Shown: positions 27,419 through 40,000 of the stretch, piece by piece | Layout: every line of letters begins with the position of its first letter | Position numbering within the stretch: position 1 is the stretch's first letter | DNA from: Intoshia linei | Taxonomy: Eukaryota; Animalia; Orthonectida | Assembly (NCBI GenBank): GCA_001642005.1 | Contig: LWCA01000101.1 | Location: 1 to 55,360 of the forward strand | Reading direction: 5' to 3' | Length of the DNA stretch: 55,360 bases | Translations under genes and position numbers: made by a program | Notes under the pieces: model-generated | The model's database searches: none | Seen by the model: the letters and a program-made list of their open reading frames with translations, nothing else | What the model was told of the DNA's origin: nothing

Positions 27419-29638
27419 ATGCATTTAAAATGAATCCGAAAATGTATTTTAAAGAATCAGGTAATTAATTAATATTAAATCATTTGATGAAACAATTTAT
27501 ATTTAACTCTGCAATTGAAATTTCAGTCATTCTGGTAAATTTTTCGAAAATGATATGAAAATTATCTTTTACACCAATAATAAATTTCTATATTCAATTT
27601 CAAACGAAAAATAAAATTGGAATTTTTTTGAAATTTGGTTAACAGTTTATTCCTTTGTAGTTTTTTGTAAGTGTTGTTTATAAATTATAATATATACAAT
27701 GTATATTATATATATTATACATATTATATAAATAATTATTTATTACAATATTATAATAGTATGGTATTAACATCAATTTAATTTGTTTTAATCATATATA
27801 TAGATAGAATTGAAGAACGACAGGATGATCCAGTGGAACGTTTAGCTTATTCTTTAGATGTTGACGTCAAAAAATTTGCGATATGTAATAAAGCCTTAGG
27901 AAAAATGTTGATGCATCACAAAAATGTCATTGTTTTGTTCACATTATATTGTAAGTATTTGAAATGAAATATTATACTGTTATTTACAATGTTAATAAAA
28001 ATGTAATAATTAAAATGTACTAATAATTGTATAAAGATAAAAATAATTTAATAATGAGTTATATTTTGTAGGGGAACCTAGATCCAAAATTGCTGTTTAT
28101 CATTATAATCAAATGAAGAATCATTATAAAGGTAATAATTTTAAACTTTAAGTAATATATAAATAATATCATGTATAATAATAAAATATATTAATATTTT
28201 AAAATTAGACAGATTTGTTGTTGTTGATTGTTTTGATTGGATCAGAGTTTGTGAAAAATACAACATCTACACTTATCCAAGTGTTGTTATTATTGACAAA
28301 AGCAAAGTCATAGATATTATGCAAAATTCTATCAATGTGGATTCATTAGAAGAATATAGCAAAATGTAACTTTTAAAAATATATATTTATAATATAAATA
28401 GGATTCAAATGGATGCACATCCACAAGTCAAAAATAAGGATGCATGTAAAGAGGTAATTCAAAAAAAATTATTATCACCGCTTCAAATCAAGTATCTTAA
28501 TCTTAATTATAATACCTGTGCAATATTGGTAAAATTCACTTGAAATTGAAATAGATTTTTAAATTAGATTTTCAACGTGAATTTATTTATTTTTTTGGTA
28601 GAATAAAAATGTGCCATCGGCAGATCTATGTGCTGTTTGTACGTACTACATAACAGTCAACCTAGTTTATTTATACACTTCATTTGTTATACATTATATA
28701 TATGTATTATGAAAATATAAAAAAATACGTGTTTGAAATCTAAAGTTTAAGTTAAACTTATTTGTTAAATTAATTATCTGTTAATATTTGAATATAAATA
28801 TAATAAACAGTAATATTATAATATATTGTATTAATGTTAGATAAATTGTTCACACAGTTTACGAAATTGTCATAATCAGGCACAAGGGCAATTCACCATC
28901 TCTAGCAAAATGGATGACATCTCATCAATAATATCTTTAACCGAATCTTCTATAATGTAATTATTTTTTTAATTCATCTAAATTTTGAAATTTTATTTCC
29001 GTTAATCATTTCTACGTCAAGATTGTTACGTTTCATTAAAATAACAATATATTGTTATAAATTTATTATATATTTTACATATTTTATTTCGTGTCTTCAC
29101 TTTAGAAAACAAAATATTGAAAAGCCAATAAGCTTTGTTAAAACTGCTCAGGACGTACTATATTATAATAATTATATATATAAAAATAAGTTTTATTTTT
29201 ATATATTTAAATAGATAACAATATGTCAATATGACAGTTCAAAGTATGGATCAATTCAAAATTGGCTTCACGAATGCGCAAGCGGTATAAATTTTTTAAT
29301 TAAAATGATTCATTTCAATTTCATATTATGTTTAAATTATGAGTCATAATATAAATTTTGTCTAAATTAAATGTATAAATATAGGAAACATAATGACGGA
29401 GTATCCTATTCCAAAATTTACAGGATACGATTATATACAATTTTATGAAAGTGATTACGAAAGTGAAAAATTCTACACAAAAGACGATTATGATTACTTT
29501 AACAAATTTGGTTTTCCACCTTCATTTGATTATATCGATTCTTACAAAGAAGCTGCTAAAAAGTATAAAAAACAAATGAATTCAGATTCGGACGATCACA
29601 ACAAAAACATGAAAAATAAAATTAAAATGGAACTTTGA
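27419..29638 (+). CDS. TXNDC16: TXNDC16/ERp90-like non-catalytic thioredoxin-fold region, 9 exons, ~315 aa, ending KMEL
   Basis: Exons 27419-27460, 27804-27950, 28072-28131, 28209-28365, 28402-28453, 28841-28956, 29106-29154, 29215-29284 and 29385-29638 are phase-consistent. QDDPV, VLFTLYWEPRS, VDCFDWIRVCEKYNIYTYPSV and NWLHECASG..PIPKFTGYDYI resemble recalled TXNDC16 segments (QDDEV, VLFYAGW, INCADWSDVC..FP, WLKKLEAG..PPLPAYDFL). There is no CxxC active site. Confidence 0.78.
28550..28665 (+). mobile_element. Helitron 3' fragment
   Basis: gctgtttgtacgtactacataacagtcaacCTAG^T; colinear with about 50290-50409. Confidence 0.85.
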
Positions 29639-29984
29639 ATTAATTTGAATTTAAATATTTTTATATTCATTTCACATTAATCTAATAAAAATATTTCTAT
29701 TATAAATTAGTAAATTTCTATTTACATTTAACATTTTACAATAAATTGATAAATATTGCTTAAATTATCAACAATGTTTTTTAAAATAATTTTGATTATG
29801 ATATACTCTATATATGGGGCCATAAGGATAATATACAATTGTATGTTCAAATAAATATTAGAATAATAATTACATTAATATACATGTATAATATACATTG
29901 CATATGCGAGTGAAGATTTATATTTAAACATTTATTTTTACGAAATGAAATTGTCATTAATATATTATCGTAATTGAATAATAA

Positions 29985-32900
29985 CTAAAAGTGTCTTATA
30001 TTGTTGGTTTTTTGAAATAAAATGTATAATATTAAGTTAAATAAAACGGATAGTGATAAAGCACTCAACAGAATTAATAAAATGGGTATCATTTCTATAA
30101 TTTTGAAGTAATTGAAAAATTTTCGATTCAATTTTTGAGCTATGTCTTTATTTATACACCCATACTAAAATTAATTTTATAAGTAAAACGTTTTACCTCT
30201 TGAATGTAGAATAATGGAAATAGGTAATTCTGTAACATTTTCAAATCATCATTGCCACTATTATAATATAAATACAATATAACTAATATTAAATATATTT
30301 TTATATTAATTAATTTTTTAATTAATTAAAGAAAATAAGATAGTTACGTTAATAAGAATGTACATAACACAATATATATTAATCATACACATTCTCGAGT
30401 ATTTTAGTTTTTCTGATATAAAAATTTTTCTGCACATTATTGTTTCCACATAAAGGCCTACCGGTTATCTATATAATTATTATTAATTAATCATAGATAT
30501 CGGATATTGTTATTGTAATATTATAATGTCAACTTAAAATCACATCCTATTACCGGATCAATTTCTATCCAAGTTGAAGCGACAAGTGAACTGGGTTTAT
30601 TTATGCCTTTAATGTCATTTATAAATTGTTCAGATCCATACATGTGACTGCCCGTCAGAACAAATTCTGCATCTAAATAATAAAGTGAAATAAAAAAGAA
30701 AAATTTCTGGAAAACCAAAATGTCCGTTAAATGGCATAATACATTTACAAAATATTACCTTTGCAGTATAGTAAACTGAATACACCTTTACCTAAACAGC
30801 ACTTGTTAATATTTACAGTATCGGTTAAATTTCCATTTAAACAATTTTTGAAACCATATCCAGCATTTCTGGGATAAAAATTAGGCATTTGTGATTCTTG
30901 TGGGTTCACTTGCTAGAGTGTATTAATCGAGTTTATAATATTGGTATACATATCTATAGGTTGATACTCCGCACACGTTAGATGGTTTTTGATAGACAAA
31001 AGACACAGATCTACAAACTTCCGGAGCAAATAAGTACAAAGGTTTTAGCTTATCTACATATGGATTCCATAGCGTTCCATCAGTTCCATTTATCATATTA
31101 GTAGCATCATTATTCCAAACATTCATTTTTCTAGTCAAATAATATAATATATATTCCCAAAGATATTTATTAATCGTTATTTTATGAAAAAATTTCAAGT
31201 AAAATAGAAAAAAAAATAATCACCGTATCTCTTTTTTTCTCAATTCTGTTAAAAACAGATATAATGACATGACTCCCTAAATAAATGTAAAGTGTTGAAT
31301 TTTATTATAGTCTAATTTCAAGTTAAAGGAATTTTTATTTTTGAAAATTGGTGACTAGGGTTATTAGTGAATTAGGTTAAGAATCACTGGCTTAAAAAAA
31401 CCCACACAAAATTTCGCCAAAATATCAATAGTATGATTAATTAGCAAAATAAATAAGTATGTCGCTCTAAGACAGTGGTTCCCAAAATTTTTCCACCATG
31501 GACCACTTGTCACGTAAAAAAAATGTGTGTGGACCACATAATTTTTTTTAAAAATCTCCTTGATCCTGAACACGTCATTAAGGTAATATTTTGATTTTTT
31601 TATATATTCCTCCTTAAATCGAAAATTTTACATTAATTTTGACACAGTAGCTTCAATGGCGTAATTAAAAAAATTCTTAATTTCAAACATACTTATTGCG
31701 AACTACCAGTGATCCCTCGGTGGAAGGATCTCGACAAAATTTTTTTTAAAATGGAGACTTGAATTAATTGAATTGAGCATTAAAAAAATTCTTGAATATC
31801 AACTAATTTAAGTGTTAAATTTAAAATGTCAACTCCAGGGTAAATTTATTATTATTGTTAAAAAAAGGTTATCTTCATGTTATTTAATATTTTTCTTGTG
31901 GACCACCTATAATTTCCTGTGGACCACTTTGGGAACCATTGCTCTAAGATGTATCGCTCAAATTAATGTAGCTTAACTTAATTTTCGCCAAATCAATTCA
32001 CTAATAATAAGAGAATAATAATAATAACAATGACAATCATGTATGAAAACTTACCGCTAAAAAGAAATCAATAGCATATATTTTTTATTTCCTGTTAATT
32101 TAGATAATTTCGGATTATGATAATAACTAGTTTTGACGTAATAGGATACGGTTCCGTTTAGATGATGTGTAACGTTAAATTTATATTTTTTTTGCTAAAT
32201 TAGAGAAATTAACAATGCTTTACATTATTTAAATTGTCAAGTTATCCTGGTCAAACCGATCCAAAATTAATAATACGTCCCTGCCGGATTATACTAATTA
32301 TAATTGAAATCCACGCATTAATAAAGCGTTTAAGAAAGTTTCCCATGGAAAACAACCTCATGTTATTGTGCAGTAATAATTTCATAAAATAATAATTATA
32401 ATTATTCATTTCACAAGTCGTTAGAATAGATAGTATTGAAACAGTAAGAGTATTGTTACTTAGAAATATATTACAGCTTATAATATATGTTATTTCTAAT
32501 GTTTAATCTTTGAAATCCTAATTTATATAAAACTATTATTTTTCTGTCTGTCCGTTTGTCTGTTATCGTTTATTTCAATAACTAAGAGTCTTAGAGTTTT
32601 ACAAATTCCATAAATTTAAAGTTTCCATTAGTTTTTTCCGGTGATGAAATTAACATAAATTTCAGTCAAAAAACTACATCTTAATGGTGAAAAACCCGAA
32701 TTATCTTTTTTTTTAAAAATCAAATTTTAAAAAAATATAGACTCTAATACAGCTTTTAAAATTATGAAAATTGTCATAAATTTATATTTCAACAAGTTAC
32801 GTCTTTTAGGACCAAACCATAAATTACCCTTTTTTCAAAAAATGAAAGTAATGCCAGAATTTTAAAAATAAAAAATTACAGTTCATACAGTTATATCCAG

Positions 32901-33400
32901 ATATTACACACGAAAAATTTTTATATTACAAAGTGACGTCTTCGTAGTCACAAAACCACTTTTATAATCAAATCAAATCTTCTTAAGCGTGAATATAAAA
33001 TTAGATACCAAATTGATATTTTACTAACAACCACCTACAAACTTAGTATCCATGTTACTAAGAAGTAAACTACTATTATAATATTAAGTATTGATTTAGC
33101 TATTATTACAAAGTATTTGTTTTTATTTGGTTTTTTTATATGCGTAATGCAAAACATACATAAACAAAATTTAAAGAAGATTTTTTAAAGAGGGAATTTT
33201 TTGGTACCATATTTTACTTTAACTATTTAACTTTAAAGTTATTATAACATAAATAATATATTTTTGGAAAGCTTTAATTGTGATATAAATTGGACCCTAT
33301 TACTGAATTTTTTATAGCGTAATTGCAGTAAAATTCTTACTTATATACCATTGGTCCTATTTTTTGTAAAATTGAACGTAACATGAATAAATTGTAGATC
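29985..33400 (-). CDS. CD36/SCARB (scavenger receptor class B, LIMP-2-like) family protein; 5' part damaged or incomplete
   Basis: Motifs KIGPMVY, NVTHHLNGTVSY, MINGTDGTLW..LFAPEVCRS, CLGKGVF, GSHMYG..WIEIDP|ITG and LFPLFYIQE, then a C-terminal TM helix ending at TAG 29985-29987. Confidence 0.85.
31473..31941. mobile_element. hAT (Buster/Charlie-like) MITE
   Basis: TIRs cagtggttcccaaa / tttgggaaccattg; perfect TSD ctctaaga. Confidence 0.92.
32516..32965 (+). mobile_element. Diverged Helitron subfamily, 5' part
   Basis: a^TCCTAATTTATATAA start, (TGTC)n microsatellite and degenerate family core. Confidence 0.65.
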
Positions 33401-33947
33401 GCCGTTTTCATATTATACAACGATCTATTATAAATATTGATTGTTATGGACACGATATTTAAAAAATATAAATATAAACAAAGATAAATATAATGTGATT
33501 TAAATCTAATTTCTGGTTTACTTTTTACTTAAAAAAAATTTTTTTTTTGTTTTTTTTAAATTTTCAAAATTGCTATTGATATTATAATAATTTGAAAAAC
33601 ATATTTTAAATATTTAATTTATCATTTCAACTTCTTTTTATAAGTCACATGACGAAATTCTAATTTAAATAAAATATAAATTTTTTCACGATTTTTATAA
33701 TATATCTGTCATTTTATTCACTATACAAGACAATAAAAACAATCAAAAACAAGGAAAAAATACTTGCTGTAAAAGTATACGCAAATAGTTTAGACATAAA
33801 GATAAATTATGGTAAATAAGATTTAACTTAAATCCGTTTTTTTGAAATATGAATATTTATTTAACATGTGCACAAGTGCAAATATATAAAATTATTTATT
33901 TAAACGTTAAACTAATTTTTAATTTAGAACAGCGCATATAAAAAATG

Positions 33948-35224
33948 GACGATTCAAAAGTATGTGAATACTACACTAAATTTGAATTAATTAATCATTA
34001 ACTTTATAGATTTCATATTTTTCTGTTGCATGTCGAGATTTAAATCACTCTGAATTAATATTAATCACTAGAATGCACGATGAAGGAAAAACACTGCGTG
34101 AAATTGGAGAAATAATGAGTAGACACTATTCTACCATATCTAAGATCCTAAAACGAACCGCGAATCACGAGTACATGTAAAAAATCCCAAAACTGGTTGT
34201 AAACGCATTTCTTATGTCCGAGATGATAGAAACTTGATCCGAATTCACGAAATCAACAGACACATGAGTTTACCAGAATTAAAAAATAAGTGGAACGTGG
34301 TGGCAAGTACCAGTACGGTTAGAAGAAGGTTGATATAAAATGGAATTAAAAGCTATGCTGTTAGCAAAAAGCCTCGTTTATCTGTAGTTAACATTTCTAA
34401 ACACCTAGATTTCTGTACAAATCACCGCAGTTGGTCTATGGATGATTGGAAAAATGTGATATTTTCTGATTAATGCAATTTTGAAATCAAAAGGAGTCAT
34501 ATTCGTCCGAAAATATGGAAAAGAAAAACTGAGTCTTTAGAACAGTTCGCCATTCATGAAAATAACAGGTTTTCGACTTCAGTGATGATTTGGGGCGTAT
34601 TTCAAAGGAAAATGGTAGCTGTGTAAAAATTTTATAAGGAAGATTGAATGCAATAGGCTATAAAAGCATCCTGGATAACACATTAAAGCCATTTTTAGAA
34701 AATAGACATCTTAGCAATCCAATATTTCAGCAAGACAACACTCTTTTTCATAGAGCTCGGAGCACGTATGGCCACGACTGAAGGCTAGAATTAATGAAAT
34801 ATCACAAAATGTTTATAATCAAGCTGAATTGAGCAATATAATAACAAGGGAATGATCTAATGTTACAACCCATGATTTTATAAATAAATTATATATGAGC
34901 CTCCCAAATAGAATGCAATGGATTTCCATTACTAAATATTAATTTGTAGTATTTACTTAATAATAAAATTATTATAATCAGTTTTGATAGGTTTTGACAC
35001 ACTTTTGAATCGTTCTTTTAATATTTTTTGATAATTTTTCCAATTTCAATTCAATTTTTTATGAAATTGTCTAAAGAAATATGTGATTATAATGATATAT
35101 TATAATCACATAATCTCAATTTAAACTGATTAAAAAAGAATACATGTATAGGTGGATTTATTTAGAATTGATGGAATGATAACTAAATTTAAAATGAAAT
35201 ATTGACATAGTTTTGAATGTGACT
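33948..35224 (+). pseudogene. Decayed Tc1-family element (transposase about 34030-34941) with remnants of IR/DR-type ends
   Basis: Reads EGKTLREIGEIMSRHYSTISKIL, STSTVRRRL, KKPRLS, WSMDDWKNVIFSD*, VMIWG, FQQDN and SLPNRM, with stops and frameshifts. The motif gacgattcaaaagt.tgt.aa at 33948 recurs inverted at about 34994 and, more loosely, at about 35203. Confidence 0.9.
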
Positions 35225-35602
35225 ATGTTACAGGCAATTTTCAAATTTTGACAAGGAACGTGGATAATAATTCAAATTTGAAAATTGCCTGAAATTTAAA
35301 AATTTGACCTAATTTAATATTAATGAGTGTAAGCAAAATTGAAATAATACTTGTTCAAAATGTTCCAATCATTTTTTATTCTGGGTTCATTTACATTATT
35401 TTGTCAATCTTTCATACAATAATTTTTACAATTATATTTATAATATTTAGGGTATACCAAATTTAGGTTTTACTATATTTATTTATATTTACAATAATTT
35501 TATCAGTCTTTCATAATATTCCCAATATTTATCAAAGCTTAATGTTTTACATCAATGGAATATGAATACAACGTTTATAATTTGAAAATTGTCTGTAACA
35601 TA
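35224..35602. mobile_element. TA-flanked MITE
   Basis: TIRs tatgttacaggcaattttcaaatt / aatttgaaaattgtctgtaacata. Confidence 0.8.
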
Positions 35603-35604
35603 TA

Positions 35605-35923
35605 CAGTAGAATCCGCTTATAAGAGACGCATCGGGACCAAGCAATTTGTCCCTTATAACCGGACGTCTCTTATATCCGAAAAATTAAAAAAGTAAAGAC
35701 TTTAAATAAATAAAATGTTAAGTAATATATATGTCGTATAGAATGTGTAAAACTGAAATTAAACTGTAAAATTTTAAAAAAATCTTTAATATTCATTTGA
35801 ATATTCCTTTATATCTGTCTGTGATTTATATACAAAACAAGTGTTTAATTCCGATTCTAGCTTTTTGTGCCTTATATCCGGACGTCTCTTATAACCGGTG
35901 TCTGTTATACACGGATTCCACTG
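35605..35923. mobile_element. pogo/Tigger-like MITE, 319 bp, copy 1
   Basis: TA TSD; TIRs cagtagaatccg / cggattccactg; one difference seen from the copy at 40768. Confidence 0.92.
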
Positions 35924-36429
35924 TATATTATTTATTTATTAATTAAAATTTATAAATTAATGGATAATAGATATAAAACGTAAAAAAATATAGAATGATT
36001 TTACTTCATTTACTACTAACACTTTTAACTGTGNAATTAGTTTCATTCATAAACACAATATTTGCATTTTCAGATTGTAATTCAAGTAACTTTAAAGTAA
36101 AATTTCTTCTTTTCTTTTTATTTACGGCATTGTTTGCATTTTCAGGTTCATGTCGTATCGTTTTTAGAATGTATAAAAGATTGTTCAGATAGTGGGAAAC
36201 CGCAACTTTTGATACAGATAAATTAAATTTAATATTCTCGTTTAAAAGTTAACTATTCTCATTTTGAACTTTGTTATTCTCGTTTTGAAGTTTATTATTC
36301 TTATTTTGAAATTAAAAAGGTATAGTCAACACTGAAAATACTTTGTTCATGACATGAATCACGTCTTGTGTTTGTATTATAATACCTTATTATTTTACCA
36401 ACATCTTTCCACCCGTTAACATGCTAGAA

Positions 36430-36888
36430 CAGGAATTCTCAACCTGGGCGATACCGCCCATATTGAACAATTTTTTAATATTGAGGTGATTTATTTTAGG
36501 AGTAAACTTATTTTCAAATTGATATTATAATTTTCTTATTAACATTATTAACATATTAATATTAATAAATTATAAAATATTAAATTGTGTTGCTTCTGAT
36601 ATTTTAAACATAGTTTTGAGATTATAGTTTTGATTCGTTTCTATTTTATTTCTGCAAACTCAGATAAAAATACTGTTATTAGGAGAAAAAGTAAGTCAAC
36701 TTAACAAACAACCTATTTGTTAAAATTCTAATTTTAAAAATTAGGGTAAATATACTATTATATCATATATTATTATAATGCACAAAAGTATTAGTTGAAA
36801 CAGTTTTTGCTAGTTTTTAATTATTAAGGAACTAATGATAAATTTTTTTCATTTAAGGGCAATAGTTCAAAAATAGTTGAGATCCCTG
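36430..36888. mobile_element. hAT MITE
   Basis: Ends caggaattctcaac / gttgagatccctg; perfect TSD tgctagaa. Confidence 0.9.
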
Positions 36889-37057
36889 TGCTAGAATCTG
36901 TTACCTTTTTGTAAAAAATTGCCACATCAGTGTATTACAACATAATGAAAATGAGTGATACGCGTTGATGGTTTGGAAAGATTAACCAATTTGTAAATAA
37001 AACTAATAAATTTTAATCATCCTTTCAAATAGTAAAATTCTTAGAATGAGGGAATTT

Positions 37058-40000
37058 CTATTTTGCGAATACTGAAGTGGAAACAAACTCAGACAAAACC
37101 ATTGACATGAATAAATATACTTTTTTATCGGATATTTTCATTTCATTGTTCCATTCAAGTGCAGCCATTTTAGAGTGCATTAATTGTCCATGAATGTGTT
37201 CATAATTTTGAATGACATTTTTACAAGATTTAACAAGCTGTGAATTTGAAATGTATGAAAATATATATTTAAAATGTACCATCTCAAATGCTAAAATAAT
37301 TTTATCCAATTCATCGTTAGATGCGTCATTTTCTGTATCAATATACGGATACTATTAATATTAATAAGTATAATGTATAAATATTTATATTATTACATTT
37401 GAATGAATTTTAATTTTAATAAATTGATAATTTTTCTTTATGTATCGTATGCATTGCTTTAGGTTGCATGAAGGCGGTAGATAGCAGACACTTTTGAAAT
37501 ATATTAGATCATATTCCAATTGATCTCTAATGTCACAACTGTCTCGAAGTGGGTGTAATGATATCTAAATATATAAAAATGATAATCAATATAGATTTCC
37601 ATTATCATTTAAAATTATGTATTAATTATTTACAAAATGTTAATAATTTCTCTGACGATGTATAATGTCATACACACTCGACACCTCTTAATGGGTCTGG
37701 ACTTTACCGTTTAAATTTGACCCACAAAATAGTAGGTTGCAAAAATGTATTTTTTCTAAAACTCAATTTGGAAAAAAATGCCCCAATTTTCGAAATATTT
37801 CGTTGTGGATTGCGAAAAGGGTCTCGGTACGTTGGGTGGAATCTTTTACGTTTCATGTATACAAAAATGTTTACATGTTTTATGAATAATTATACAAATG
37901 GTTTCTTTAAAAAGGAGCGTTATGCAATAAAGTTTAAGAACCACTGTACTACATTATATTACTTTTCATGTACCTTGAAAGTTTCATCAATTTGTCGATG
38001 AAATTTTATAGCTTTTAGACTTGTATATTCAATTAATCTACTTTTTTTCTTACGGATCGTTTTTGCATATTTTTTTATACGTAAATTCTAAATTATAAAA
38101 TTTAAATTATGATTCAATTATAATTATTTTATTTATCGATAAATTATTATATCGTTTGCCAACTAATATTATTAATATTTACCATTAATGTTTTAGAATT
38201 CTTTATTTGAAGAAACAATCGACATCCCTTTATAATTTTGCGAGTTTTATCAAACAGAGGAACAAATCTGTATCCTAAATTTAAAATTTTAAAACATAAT
38301 TAATAATAAACATTATAATCCCTAGTAAGGATTATATAATATAATATAAATTATATCCTAACTTACATAATATGCTACGCGATTTTTGTTTGTGTGTGTG
38401 TGTTCCACTTTATTGAAATAACTACCAGTCTTAGAATTTTATAAATTCCACATTTCAATTACAGTTTTTTTCGAGACGTATAATAAAATAAATTTCAACC
38501 TCCCAAACTCACATCTTACGGGTCAAAAACCCCAATTGTCCCTTTTTTTGAAAATCCAACGAGTTGGAGAATTTAAAAAAATATATACACTGATGCGGAT
38601 TTTAAAATCATAAATTTATAAAAATTATATGTTCAGGGCCAAAACACTAAATTACCCTTCTTTTTTTAATGATAACAGCCCTAGAATTTCAAAAAATTTA
38701 CAGGTGGTAAAGTTGTATCATCTTAACACACATAAAAAATGTCAATCCGAATAAGTGACGACTTCACGGTCAAAAAAGCATTTTAGTATTCATATATTTT
38801 TTTCTGAAATATTTTAATTAAACAAAAAATGTTAAATAATTAACGGTCCGAAAATTAAATTAGATTTTCAAGGGGAATTTATATTTTTGGATGAATAAAA
38901 ATTTGTCCTCGGCAGAGCTAGGTGCTGTTTGTACGTATTACATAACAGTCAACCTAGTGTATATTATATTAATTATTAACGAATATATTAGAGTTGAATC
39001 TAGCATTTATTGTAGATTATATTGCTCACATTAGCAATAAAAGTGTAACTCGGGCTTCTAGGCTAAAAATATTATGTTGAATCAGAATCGTAGTACCTTT
39101 AATATACTTAGGACGAATTCAACTGTATCTAAAAAGTAAGGTTGCTACAAAATAATCATTCTGGAGTCACCAAAGTGGGTTCGGTAAAACATTAAAATTT
39201 TTATACAAACAGATTATGCAGATAATATATTATTCGACATTATTTGCAAAATTACAAGATTAATAAGATATCTTGCGCAATGCGCATTAGAGTGTCACAC
39301 CCATCAAAGAATCAAGAATGACAACAATTCATTTCATAATTCATTTCATAGCTATAGCATAGATAGCTAGAATGAAAATTAAAACAGTAAAATGTTTAGT
39401 TATAAACAGTGATTAACATAATACTCTGTAAACCATGACAATTCACTATAAAGCTGTTTATAAAAAAATAAATAAAGTTATATTTTAATTTTACTATAAG
39501 ATTTGTAATGTTTTATTTAAAATGTTAAACGCACAGCGAATATCTATCCTTAGGGGTTTTGGATTATGTTATAGAGTTTCTTTTTTAAAAATACACACAG
39601 TTAGTGCTAATCATCCATCAAATTCTAAAATTTTCGAATGAATGTCACACCCTAATGCGCATGGCTGTATAATCATTATACTTTTAATTATTAATGTTTT
39701 TATTTAATATATTAATGTAATATCAAATATAAATTTTAATACCTTGATTAATGCAATTAGCGTTGATTGTATATTGACACAAAAATTTATTTGTCATATT
39801 ATTTACATCATAAACAGCAAATCGAATTAAAGCAAATTCAGGGTAATGTATTTGGAATTCAAATGATTCATCAAAAATTGGATTGTACCCTAAATTTGTA
39901 TGTATTTTCATGTATGTGAAATCTTACCTCCATCTATGGATGCTTTTGTTCTGACACATATATTATCCTGTTCCAGGCTATATATTGTTATTTCAACTAT

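Noticed and set aside
36035-36420. 21-bp tandem units (NNKLQNE-like on the - strand) as a PLC tail exon
   Set aside because: The frame contains a stop, cannot be phased to PLC and abuts the assembly gap.
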